In this document: positions 54,675-63,063 of the stretch, in pieces | Numbering within the stretch: the stretch's first letter is position 1 | How the letters are laid out: each line of letters opens with the position of its first letter | NCBI GenBank assembly: GCA_965602905.1 | Contig: CBFCZY010000014.1 | Span: 10,227-74,226 of the forward strand | Source of the DNA: an uncultured bacterium | GTDB taxonomy: Bacteria; SAR324; XYD2-FULL-50-16 | Length of the DNA stretch: 64,000 nucleotides | Direction of reading: 5' to 3' | Made by a program: the position numbers and the translations under genes | Notes under the pieces: generated by a model | Database searches by the model: none | What the model was told of the DNA's origin: nothing | The model's input: the letters and a program-made list of their open reading frames with translations, nothing else

Positions 54675-54896
54675 ATGAATACTTTAAACTATATCCAGTT
54701 TTTTGATGGTCTGGCTGAGAAGAATCTCGGTGCCTTTCGCATGGAAAAGCTTTCCAGTAAAACCGTTGCTGCAAATGCCAGTGGTCATACTCACATTTGT
54801 AACTTGGAAATCGAAAGCAATTGTTTTTCCGCTTGGGGAAATTCTAGAAAGGAAGCTTTAAGAGGCCTTTATAAACAACTAGGCTCATTTAAGTAA
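54675..54896 (+). CDS. Small protein with a double-stranded-RNA-binding-domain-like pattern (73 aa)
   Basis: LNYIQFFDGLAEKN...GHTHICNLEIESNCFSAWGNSRKEALRGLYKQL follows the alpha-beta-beta-beta-alpha dsRBD pattern, including the G-x-(G/N)-S-(K/R)-K-E-A motif. AGGAA RBS upstream. Confidence 0.5.
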   Translation: MNTLNYIQFFDGLAEKNLGAFRMEKLSSKTVAANASGHTHICNLEIESNCFSAWGNSRKEALRGLYKQLGSFK

Positions 54897-54915
54897 CTGC
54901 CAGAAGAGTTAGAAA

Positions 54916-55548
54916 CTAGCTGTCTGCCTGGATTGTAAAACTTAGGCTTTGGCTAAATTTGCCCCCTGCGGCATCCTTTGCTAAATCTTTTAAAGCCGAG
55001 TCTTTGCGGGTTTTAAAAATCTGAAATTTTTGCACGTCTCCCAAGGTATGGTCTACCATAGCCTCGATCATCCCATCTAAAACTAAAATTACATTATCTG
55101 CTTTGGTCTTTTGCGGGGCCTGGTTCTGTTCAAGAGATTTAAAGCCGTCTACCTTGATGGATTTTACTTCATCTAGGCAAACTAATTTACAATCAAGGTT
55201 TTCGTCTAAAAGATCGTCAACTTCTAGGCTACTACCATCAAAAGAGGATACCTCTTGCATGTGAGGCTCTAGGTAGGGCAGTTGATCTGTATAGGGGATG
55301 ATCTCTAAATCCACTAAGGCATATTGATGAAGAGGGTCGTTTTGGGCGATTGCGTGAGCGTCTCTTTCGTTGTCTGCCTTTAAAATTAATACGTCGCTTT
55401 CGCCCCAATGGCCAGACTGTAAAACTCGGCCCGCCAAAGTTTCAAGCTCAATCCACTCCCGTTGCTCCTTCTTTTCAGAAGAAATTTCTAGGGCTTTGTA
55501 CTCTGTTTTGATTTGATTGATATACAAATAATACATGGTTACCGCCAA
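54916..55548 (-). CDS. Hypothetical protein with an N-terminal YciI-like domain
   Basis: ILKADNERDAHAIAQNDPLHQYALVDLEIIPY resembles the YciI C-terminal motif. It is contiguous (0-nt gap) with the upstream MarR gene. Confidence 0.55.
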   Translation of the reverse strand: MAVTMYYLYINQIKTEYKALEISSEKKEQREWIELETLAGRVLQSGHWGESDVLILKADNERDAHAIAQNDPLHQYALVDLEIIPYTDQLPYLEPHMQEVSSFDGSSLEVDDLLDENLDCKLVCLDEVKSIKVDGFKSLEQNQAPQKTKADNVILVLDGMIEAMVDHTLGDVQKFQIFKTRKDSALKDLAKDAAGGKFSQSLSFTIQADS

Positions 55549-55980
55549 TTACGAGAGATTGATTTTAGAAAAGATTCGTACCATTTGGTTTACCTCAGCA
55601 GCGCTAAGCTCAGGTGGCCAGTTTTGGTTCTGGGCTGCAACTTTTTCTAAGGCTTTTGTGGAAACCTGAATGCCTGAAAGGCTGGTTGTCCATAATTTTA
55701 GTCTTGCGTCACCTTCTTGTCCAATCGCTTGCAAATATTCTAAAGAAATAAGCTTTTTTACGATTTTAGAGACATGTGCCTTATTTAAATGGAGCTGGGT
55801 AGCAATGTCCTTTTGGCTGATCGGGCCTTCTTTATTGATGCAGTCTAAGACCAGCAATTGTTGGTGATTTAGAGAGAATTCTGCCAGTTGCTGCTCAAAT
55901 CCTTTTACAAGTTGAGCGTTAGCTTTCGTGATGTAATTGATCAGGGTGTCATTTAGTTTTTCCATGATTGAAATATACAC
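55549..55980 (-). CDS. MarR family transcriptional regulator
   Basis: wHTH: LVLDCINKEGPISQKDIATQLHLNKAHVSKIVKKLISLEYL. Confidence 0.85.
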   Translation of the reverse strand: MYISIMEKLNDTLINYITKANAQLVKGFEQQLAEFSLNHQQLLVLDCINKEGPISQKDIATQLHLNKAHVSKIVKKLISLEYLQAIGQEGDARLKLWTTSLSGIQVSTKALEKVAAQNQNWPPELSAAEVNQMVRIFSKINLS

Positions 55981-56149
55981 GATTTTAGTAGCCGATGCAA
56001 CTTCTCTTTTTTACCCTTGATTTCTTTAAATTTTCTAAACTAAAATAAGATATCGACAAAGAGTTACGCCCATATTAGGCTAAAAGTAACCATCCGAATC
56101 AGATAGTCCCAGACCTAACGTGATCTCAATTTTTTGAATCGCCAAAAGA

Positions 56150-57223
56150 TTGGGTAAAACACTTAGGGCCACGCATCTGAAGAAAGACAGATATCCCCTT
56201 ATTTACAAAGATCACAAGTTGAAACACAAAGCAAAACCAATTTTTTATAAAGACCTTTGCAAAAAGGATTTCTTTGATGATGCCTCTATAAAGGTACAAT
56301 ACATTAATGCAGAGCATTATTGGATCTTCAAAACTGGCCCCAAAGTCTATAAGTTTAAGAAGCCAATAGAGCCCAAATCTTCTCCAGAATTGGAAAAGGC
56401 CTTTTGCCAAGAAGTTGTAAAAAGAGTGGCAGGCTTTTCTCCTCAACTTGAGCCAGAAGTGGTTTGCTTAGAGCAAAGGGAAGAGGGGTTTGTTTTAACA
56501 GATAAAGTTTCTAGCCCAGACAATGCCCATTTTTCTGGAGTGGTTCAAACCCAGCTTTCAGATCGTGGTTTTATCAATTCTTTACTTTCAAAAGATAAGC
56601 TTAAGGTGGAACACGCTAAAGCCGTTGGGGGTTATTTGGCCAATGTGCACAAAAATATTGAAGCCTATACAGGCCGAGATGCAGGCACAGCTGAATTTTT
56701 GACCCGACTCTTAGAAGCCGACTTCTACCAATCAAAAAAGTTTTTAGGCCAGACCTTAAAACCCGCCATGATGGAAATGACCCTGCACCCTTTTCAAAAA
56801 AAGGCGAAGGAACTAAAAAAATTGCTCGGTTCAAGGCAAAGAAAAGGCAAGGTGGCCCGTGTGCAAGGTTCTTTTAAACCTAGCAAAATTCATGTTGGCG
56901 TGAAAGAAGTTACGGCTTTGGGCCGTGGCGGTGATCCCTTCCAAAATGCATTTTTTGATGTTGCTTCTGATGTGGCCGATCTACTGATTGAGCTTAAGTT
57001 ACAGAAAAAAACAGAACAGGCCGAGGCCTTTGTTGCCCAGTACATTGAAGCTAGTGGCGATGAAGATCTGAAATTGGTCTTGCCCCTTTATGAAATTTTA
57101 AAGGCTTTAAGCATGGGGCTAAAGCTTTCTCTTTTAATGGAACAGGAGGATGCTCCTGCTGATTGCCAAACCCAAGCACAAGCTTATTTTACCTTAATGG
57201 TTGAGTTGGCAAGGGCACTATAG
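56150..57223 (+). CDS. Kinase-like fold protein (phosphotransferase family, COG2187-like)
   Basis: KVYKFKKPIEPKSSPELEKAFCQEVVKRV resembles the N-terminal AYKLKKPV...C.EEV motif of uncharacterised APH-like proteins. The start (TTG) is uncertain. Confidence 0.55.
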   Translation: MGKTLRATHLKKDRYPLIYKDHKLKHKAKPIFYKDLCKKDFFDDASIKVQYINAEHYWIFKTGPKVYKFKKPIEPKSSPELEKAFCQEVVKRVAGFSPQLEPEVVCLEQREEGFVLTDKVSSPDNAHFSGVVQTQLSDRGFINSLLSKDKLKVEHAKAVGGYLANVHKNIEAYTGRDAGTAEFLTRLLEADFYQSKKFLGQTLKPAMMEMTLHPFQKKAKELKKLLGSRQRKGKVARVQGSFKPSKIHVGVKEVTALGRGGDPFQNAFFDVASDVADLLIELKLQKKTEQAEAFVAQYIEASGDEDLKLVLPLYEILKALSMGLKLSLLMEQEDAPADCQTQAQAYFTLMVELARAL

Positions 57224-57236
57224 TCGACCTTAGATA

Positions 57237-60011
57237 ATGAAAAAGATTTTACTGATTAGTTTGTTCCTACTGGGCTCTTTGAGCGCCCTGTATGCGGAGC
57301 GATTTGTACCTAAATCGGACTTGATTCCTGCCATTTTATCCATTGTGGAGCAGGGTTATGTCGATGGAAAACGGCTTGTACCTGAAAAGATGCTGGAAGG
57401 TTCTTTGGAGCTCTTATCCACTTCGATCGCACCTGTTCTTACAGAATATAAGATTAAAGGCAGTAAGGTTTATGTTACGATCAGTGTGGATCAGTCTAAA
57501 AGAGAATTGGTTTTTAATAAGCCCAAAACCGTGTTGGATCTCAACAGAATCTTGCAAGATGTCGCTCAGTTTACAAAAGAAAATCTAGAAAAGGATGAGA
57601 AGCTAGAAAGGGTTGACCATGCTTTGATCAATGGTTTTTTAAAGAAGCTAGACCCCCATTCCATGTTTTTGATCCCCAAGGTCTACTCTGAATTCAACCA
57701 ATCTACCGTGGGCAACTATGGTGGGGTCGGTATGATGATTGGCATTCGTGACTCTCAATTGACGGTCATTAGCCCCATTGACGATACCCCTGCAAGTAGA
57801 GCTGGCCTAAGGGCCAAAGATAAAATTGTTCAGATTGATGACGAATCTACTGTAAATATGTCTTTGCAAGATGCTGTAGGGAAACTCAAAGGTGAGCCAA
57901 ATACAGAAGTTAAGATCTACATCATGCGAAAGGGCTTGAGTGCCGCTAAGGTTGTCCCTGTGAATCGGGCCTTGATCAAGATCAAGTCAGTGGAAAGCGA
58001 ACGCTTTGATCGAGCTAAAAAAACCGTTGGTTATATTCAGGTTAAGACCTTTGGGCGCAATACTATTGAAGAAATCAATGCCGCCTTGCCTGATTTGGAC
58101 TATAAATTTAAAAGCTTCCAAGGTTTGATTATTGATCTGCGAAACAATCCTGGTGGTCTTTTGCAGCAAGCGATTGCTGTGTCTGACAGATTTTTAGAAA
58201 CAGGTGTTATTGTTGCTACCTCAGGTGTGGATGCGGAAAACCTCCACTCGGTAAAGGCAAACTGGTTTGATACCATCAGCAATGTACCAGTGATTATTTT
58301 GGTCAACAATGGTTCGGCTTCCGCCTCTGAAATTGTAACGGCGGCTTTAAAATCACACGATAGAGCTGTTGTCTTAGGTCGTAGAACCTTTGGTAAAGGT
58401 AGTGTGCAGCAGGTTATCCCTATGGCAGAAGGTTCCGCCTTAAAGCTAACCATGTCTAAGTATTTGACCCCTGGAAATCGTTCTATCCAATCGGTTGGCG
58501 TTTCCCCGCACATTGAATTAGTGCCCTATTCCATTGACCAAGAATTTGTACGCTTGAGCCCCGCCAAAGAAGAGGGCATGGAAAAAGAATTGGCCCAAGC
58601 CTTTAGTGAGTGGGGCGATAAGCCCGATAGGCCTGAGCAGAGCACCTTTTACCTCTTTGATACGCCAAGCGACGAAGCCTTAGAAAAGGAAGAAGATTTA
58701 ACCCCGAAAGAAGCCCGCAAAAAACGCCAAGAGCGAGATTACCTATTGCAGTCGGCCGTGAACATCCTCTTTGAGAATGGCCGTAAGGGGTACGATAGTA
58801 CCTTTAGTAATTCCAACGGTCAGATGGAACTCTTAAAGACATCTCATAGATACTTCACCAAAAAAGAAGCGGCACAAGAAAAGAAGATTAGCAAAAAACT
58901 TGCTGAGTATAAGGTGGATTGGAAGAATCTACCAACCCGTGGCAGTGTAAAGCTCAAGACAAAATCATGGATTGAGATCCGAGATAAATCAAAAGAAAAA
59001 AAGGTGGCGAAGCCCGCCAAGGGTGAAAAGGCCGCAAAAGTTGCCGACAAAGACAAGGTCTTTAAGCTTCACCAAGGACCCGTGCCTGCCGACTCTGAAA
59101 TTCGTCTTTACTTAAGCGCTAAGAACCTTGGGGCCAGGCCGCTAGGAAAATTGATGGCCACCACGGTTTCTGAGAATAATGCACTTGATGATCGTCAACT
59201 TGTCTTTGGGCACATTAAGCCTAAGGAAACCAAAAAGTGGTATATCCCCATCAAGGTTTCTTCTTCTGGCTTGAGTCGCAATGATATGATTCAATTTGCC
59301 CTGACCAATGGGGCTAAAAAAATCATTCACAATGCTTCTATGGAGTTGAAAATCCTTGAGGCAAAACGACCCCACTTTTTGTATGAAGTCTCGGTAAATC
59401 GAGATATCATCAAAAAAGGTGACAAGGTTAAAATCTTGGTGAAGGTGAAAAACGACGGCGTTGGAACTTCCAATAAGGTGAGTGTACTGCTTAAAAACGG
59501 GGAAGGTAGCCGCATCTTTTTGCGCAAAGGCCGCCAGACTATCCCTAAGTTGAAAACAGGTGAGGAGCGGCAGGTAGCCTTTGAATTTGATGTCAAAGAG
59601 TCGCCTTTAGACGGTGATTTAGACCTTTCCTTGGATATTCTAGACAGTAAATTCCCGCTGGTTGGTGTGAATCACAAGTTGAAAATATCCCTGGCACATA
59701 AATTGGCTGATATTAAAAACGCAGCCCCTAGAGTAATCATGCCCAAGGCTACGGGGGTGAGTAAAACTCGAAAATACAAGCTTCCTTTGACCATTACCGA
59801 TGCAGGTGGGGTTAAAGATTTATACGTCATTGTAAATGAGAAAAAAGTCTTTTATAAAAATTACTTAAGAGAAAAACAGCGCACTAAAGTCGATTTAAAT
59901 CTAGAGCTAAAATTAGACGAGAAAATCAACAGAATCATAGTCATAAGCCGAGATGATCAGAATGTTGATACAAAAAAGGCTCTTTATGTTCGCTATTTAG
60001 GCTTGAAATAG
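57237..60011 (+). CDS. S41-family C-terminal processing peptidase with a PDZ domain and a long C-terminal extension
   Basis: Signal peptide, a PDZ region (GVGMMIG...PASRAGLRAKDKIVQID), and an S41 core (DLRNNPGGLL, NNGSASASEIV, GRRTFGKGSVQ). About 430 extra C-terminal residues include a Lys-rich linker and CARDB-like beta-sandwich patterns. Confidence 0.9.
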   Translation: MKKILLISLFLLGSLSALYAERFVPKSDLIPAILSIVEQGYVDGKRLVPEKMLEGSLELLSTSIAPVLTEYKIKGSKVYVTISVDQSKRELVFNKPKTVLDLNRILQDVAQFTKENLEKDEKLERVDHALINGFLKKLDPHSMFLIPKVYSEFNQSTVGNYGGVGMMIGIRDSQLTVISPIDDTPASRAGLRAKDKIVQIDDESTVNMSLQDAVGKLKGEPNTEVKIYIMRKGLSAAKVVPVNRALIKIKSVESERFDRAKKTVGYIQVKTFGRNTIEEINAALPDLDYKFKSFQGLIIDLRNNPGGLLQQAIAVSDRFLETGVIVATSGVDAENLHSVKANWFDTISNVPVIILVNNGSASASEIVTAALKSHDRAVVLGRRTFGKGSVQQVIPMAEGSALKLTMSKYLTPGNRSIQSVGVSPHIELVPYSIDQEFVRLSPAKEEGMEKELAQAFSEWGDKPDRPEQSTFYLFDTPSDEALEKEEDLTPKEARKKRQERDYLLQSAVNILFENGRKGYDSTFSNSNGQMELLKTSHRYFTKKEAAQEKKISKKLAEYKVDWKNLPTRGSVKLKTKSWIEIRDKSKEKKVAKPAKGEKAAKVADKDKVFKLHQGPVPADSEIRLYLSAKNLGARPLGKLMATTVSENNALDDRQLVFGHIKPKETKKWYIPIKVSSSGLSRNDMIQFALTNGAKKIIHNASMELKILEAKRPHFLYEVSVNRDIIKKGDKVKILVKVKNDGVGTSNKVSVLLKNGEGSRIFLRKGRQTIPKLKTGEERQVAFEFDVKESPLDGDLDLSLDILDSKFPLVGVNHKLKISLAHKLADIKNAAPRVIMPKATGVSKTRKYKLPLTITDAGGVKDLYVIVNEKKVFYKNYLREKQRTKVDLNLELKLDEKINRIIVISRDDQNVDTKKALYVRYLGLK

Positions 60012-60157
60012 TTGCTTTTATAGTACTGGCCTGTTAAAAAGACAGAACGAAAAGCTGTTCAAAAATATTTTATGGTTTGAGCTGAACTTAATCAGCTCCC
60101 CAATTTTTCGCTAATTCACTGGTTGAAAAGGCGATTAGAAAACGAGAGGAAACAAAT

Positions 60158-61984
60158 ATGGCTCGCGAAAGCATCACAAGGGGACCGAACTTCGTACACC
60201 CCGAAAAGCCAAGTGCTGTAGGTTCACGTAATTCTGTAAATCGGGATAACCGTGATGAGTACAAAGAGGCGAAACACATTATTGACGAGGAAGTGGATAA
60301 AATCTTAAACCACATCCACGCCAAATTACCCCCTGAAGTACTAGAAAAACTAGACGTTATGGGCTCTGTTAAATCAAAGCTACATAACTACTTTAACCAA
60401 GACTTCCAAAACATGCTCAACCGCTACATCGTAACGATGGAAGACGAGATGAGTAAGAAGTTTAGAGACTTGGTTGACCGTGAAGAGTCTAAAGTTCTAA
60501 ATCGTTACACTCCGAAAGAAATCACTGATATCATTGATAAGGTTACTGGAATTGGTACCTTAAACACAGGTGAGATCGAAAAGTCTGTAGTGAACATGTA
60601 TGGCCAAATGCAAAGCCATATCCAAAGAGGAATGTCTGAGATAGAAGACCACACAAACGCTCTACTTAAAGAGAAGAGTGATGTTGGGGCCTTTATCCGT
60701 GGGGAAAATTCTTACGCAATTGCCAAGTGCTCTTTCCGTGATAACCCAAGACGAGCAAAAAATGTAATGGATATGAAACTATCCATTTCTATCCACAATT
60801 CAGAATTAATTAGCTCTATTTATCATTATGAAGTTCCAGTTGGAAGCTTGATTAAGGATGTAGTTGCTAAGCACATTCAAAGACTGATTGATAAAGAAAT
60901 CGCTGAGACAAATAAGCGCTTAGACGAAGAAGGTAAAGATTCTTTAAATGACACAGGTCGTTTATTTGAAAAATTCCGCATCATGGATAAGTATGTTTCT
61001 GACGACGAATCAGAAGAATCAACTCGCTACCAGTATGTTGCGAAAAAATTCCTAGACGCTGTAGATAGCATCGAAGGAAGCATTGATTCAGAAGATTATG
61101 ACGCTTTAAACATCCGTGAAAATATCGCAAAAATTATCGATAGCCAAAATATCCGCAACAGGGGTTTTAACTCTGCTGTAAACGCTATCACTAGTATCTT
61201 AGATACTTCCAAAATGGGTTACCAGTTCATCGAGAACTTTAAAAACGCTCGTGAATGCCTGATCCGTGAATATGAAGAAGAAGATCCAGCAAAGTTACCT
61301 GATGAGCGCTATGCTATCCGCTTGGTTTATTATGACCAAGAGCAATTAAATTCCTTACGTGAATCTTACCAGCACCAACTGAAAGAGTTGACTGGTGAAG
61401 TTATGCACCTCTGGGAAGTTTGTAACGGTATCCACCAAGAGTCTTTAGAAGCCTCTGGCAAAGACGACTGGTCTACCTTAGCTGCAAAAATGCTTTCTGA
61501 AGCATCTGACGCTAAAGGTGGCGACGATGCTGCTGCAACTGAGTCTGAAGGTGGTCAGTGGAATGAAATTAACTTTATTCAGCCAGAACTCACAAAGGTT
61601 TCTGAAGAGAACCCAACTTGTGAAATTGAACTGGAAGAATTAGGTGCTCGATTCCCATTGATGCTTGAAAAAATGGAAAAGGCCTTTGGTAAAGAAACAT
61701 CTGAAATCCGTAGAGTTTTCGAGAACAGATTACGATTTGTTCGTGAGCAATATGAAACCTTTGCAAATCAGATCAATCCTTATCATATTCAGCCAGGTCT
61801 ACTTCTAGATATTGACATTGTTTCTATCAAAAAGAAGAAGACAACCATGTTGAACATGTCCAACGTGATCAATGAATTTTTATACTCCGTGTCTAAGGGT
61901 TTTTCTGAAACAGAATACACTCCTTACACAAGTGAAAAAGACGTTACCATTGATCCTTCTCAAGTCTTCATGACTGTAGACTAG
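60158..61984 (+). CDS. Acidic 608-aa hypothetical protein, no recognisable domain
   Basis: Long clean ORF with a GAGAGGAAAcaaatATG RBS and its own terminator. No TM segment or signal peptide. Confidence 0.75.
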   Translation: MARESITRGPNFVHPEKPSAVGSRNSVNRDNRDEYKEAKHIIDEEVDKILNHIHAKLPPEVLEKLDVMGSVKSKLHNYFNQDFQNMLNRYIVTMEDEMSKKFRDLVDREESKVLNRYTPKEITDIIDKVTGIGTLNTGEIEKSVVNMYGQMQSHIQRGMSEIEDHTNALLKEKSDVGAFIRGENSYAIAKCSFRDNPRRAKNVMDMKLSISIHNSELISSIYHYEVPVGSLIKDVVAKHIQRLIDKEIAETNKRLDEEGKDSLNDTGRLFEKFRIMDKYVSDDESEESTRYQYVAKKFLDAVDSIEGSIDSEDYDALNIRENIAKIIDSQNIRNRGFNSAVNAITSILDTSKMGYQFIENFKNARECLIREYEEEDPAKLPDERYAIRLVYYDQEQLNSLRESYQHQLKELTGEVMHLWEVCNGIHQESLEASGKDDWSTLAAKMLSEASDAKGGDDAAATESEGGQWNEINFIQPELTKVSEENPTCEIELEELGARFPLMLEKMEKAFGKETSEIRRVFENRLRFVREQYETFANQINPYHIQPGLLLDIDIVSIKKKKTTMLNMSNVINEFLYSVSKGFSETEYTPYTSEKDVTIDPSQVFMTVD

Positions 61985-62008
61985 GTCGCTGATTTAAGAA
62001 GAAAAAAT

Positions 62009-62041
62009 AAGCCCTAATGCTAAAGCAGAAGGGCTTTTTTT
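62009..62041 (+). terminator. Rho-independent terminator
   Basis: AAGCCCT...AGGGCTT stem followed by T7. Confidence 0.75.
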
Positions 62042-62092
62042 ATTTTAGGAGGTTCATTTTCCTCCCTTTGCTGCAACTTTCCCCAATTTACT

Positions 62093-63049
62093 ATGTATAT
62101 TTTAGAGTTTGAAAAGCCTATCATTGCTTTGAAGCAGAAGATCAAAGAATTAAAAGATCGGCAAGCTGGCGACCCTGATCCAAAATTGGACAAGGAAATC
62201 CAAAAACTGGAAAAGCAGACTTTTAAGTTGGAAGAGAGCACCTATTCCACTCTTAGCCCTTGGGAAAAGACTCTGGTTGCTCGCCATCCTTTGAGACCTT
62301 ATACTCTTGATTTTATTGAAAGCTGTGTGACAGAATTCCAAGAGTTACATGGGGATAGAACCTTTAGAGATGACCCAGCTATTGTTGGTGGATTTGGCAA
62401 GATTGATGGCCAAACCTTTTTGATTGTTGGCCACCAAAAGGGCCGCAATACCCAAGAAAATGTCTCACGTAACTTTGGTATGCCTCACCCAGAGGGCTAC
62501 CGAAAAGCCTTACGTTTGATGAAGATGGCAGACCGATTTGGTATTCCTATCTTAACTTTGATCGATACTCCCGGGGCATATCCTGGAATCGGCGCAGAAG
62601 AACGAGGTCAATCGGAAGCCATTGCTGTAAATTTACGTGAAATGGCAGTTTTGGGCGTGCCCATTATTGCTGTGGTAACAGGTGAAGGCGGTAGCGGCGG
62701 GGCCTTGGCTCTTGGTGTTGCCGATCGTGTTTTAATGTATGATCACTCTATTTATTCTGTAATCAGCCCTGAAGGTTGCGCTGGAATCCTCTTTGGCGAT
62801 GGCACCCGTGCCCAAGAAGCAGCCAAGTCCTTGCGTTATTCTTCTGCTGATCTCTTAGAATTTGGTCTGATCGATGAGATCATTCCCGAGCCATTGGGCG
62901 GCGCTCATGCGAACCCTGTTGAATGTATGAACAATTTAAAAGAAGTTGTCTTAAAGCAATATGCTGGTCTAAAAAGCAACTCCTCTGAAACCCTGATTGA
63001 GGATCGATATCAAAAGTTCCGCAAGATGGGAGAATTTGCTGAAGGGTAA
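62093..63049 (+). CDS. accA: Acetyl-CoA carboxylase carboxyltransferase alpha subunit
   Basis: Full-length AccA similarity (LDFEKPI-type N-terminus, DTPGAYPGIGAEERGQSEAIA, GEGGSGGALA). Confidence 0.97.
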   Translation: MYILEFEKPIIALKQKIKELKDRQAGDPDPKLDKEIQKLEKQTFKLEESTYSTLSPWEKTLVARHPLRPYTLDFIESCVTEFQELHGDRTFRDDPAIVGGFGKIDGQTFLIVGHQKGRNTQENVSRNFGMPHPEGYRKALRLMKMADRFGIPILTLIDTPGAYPGIGAEERGQSEAIAVNLREMAVLGVPIIAVVTGEGGSGGALALGVADRVLMYDHSIYSVISPEGCAGILFGDGTRAQEAAKSLRYSSADLLEFGLIDEIIPEPLGGAHANPVECMNNLKEVVLKQYAGLKSNSSETLIEDRYQKFRKMGEFAEG

Positions 63050-63063
63050 TCAGTGAGCCTTTC

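Noticed and set aside
60100-60140. Sigma-28-like promoter (TAATTCAC-N11-GGCGATTA) upstream of the 608-aa orphan gene
   Set aside because: The -10 matches GCCGATAA at only about 6/8 and the -35 is poor. That is too weak to claim flagellar-type regulation.
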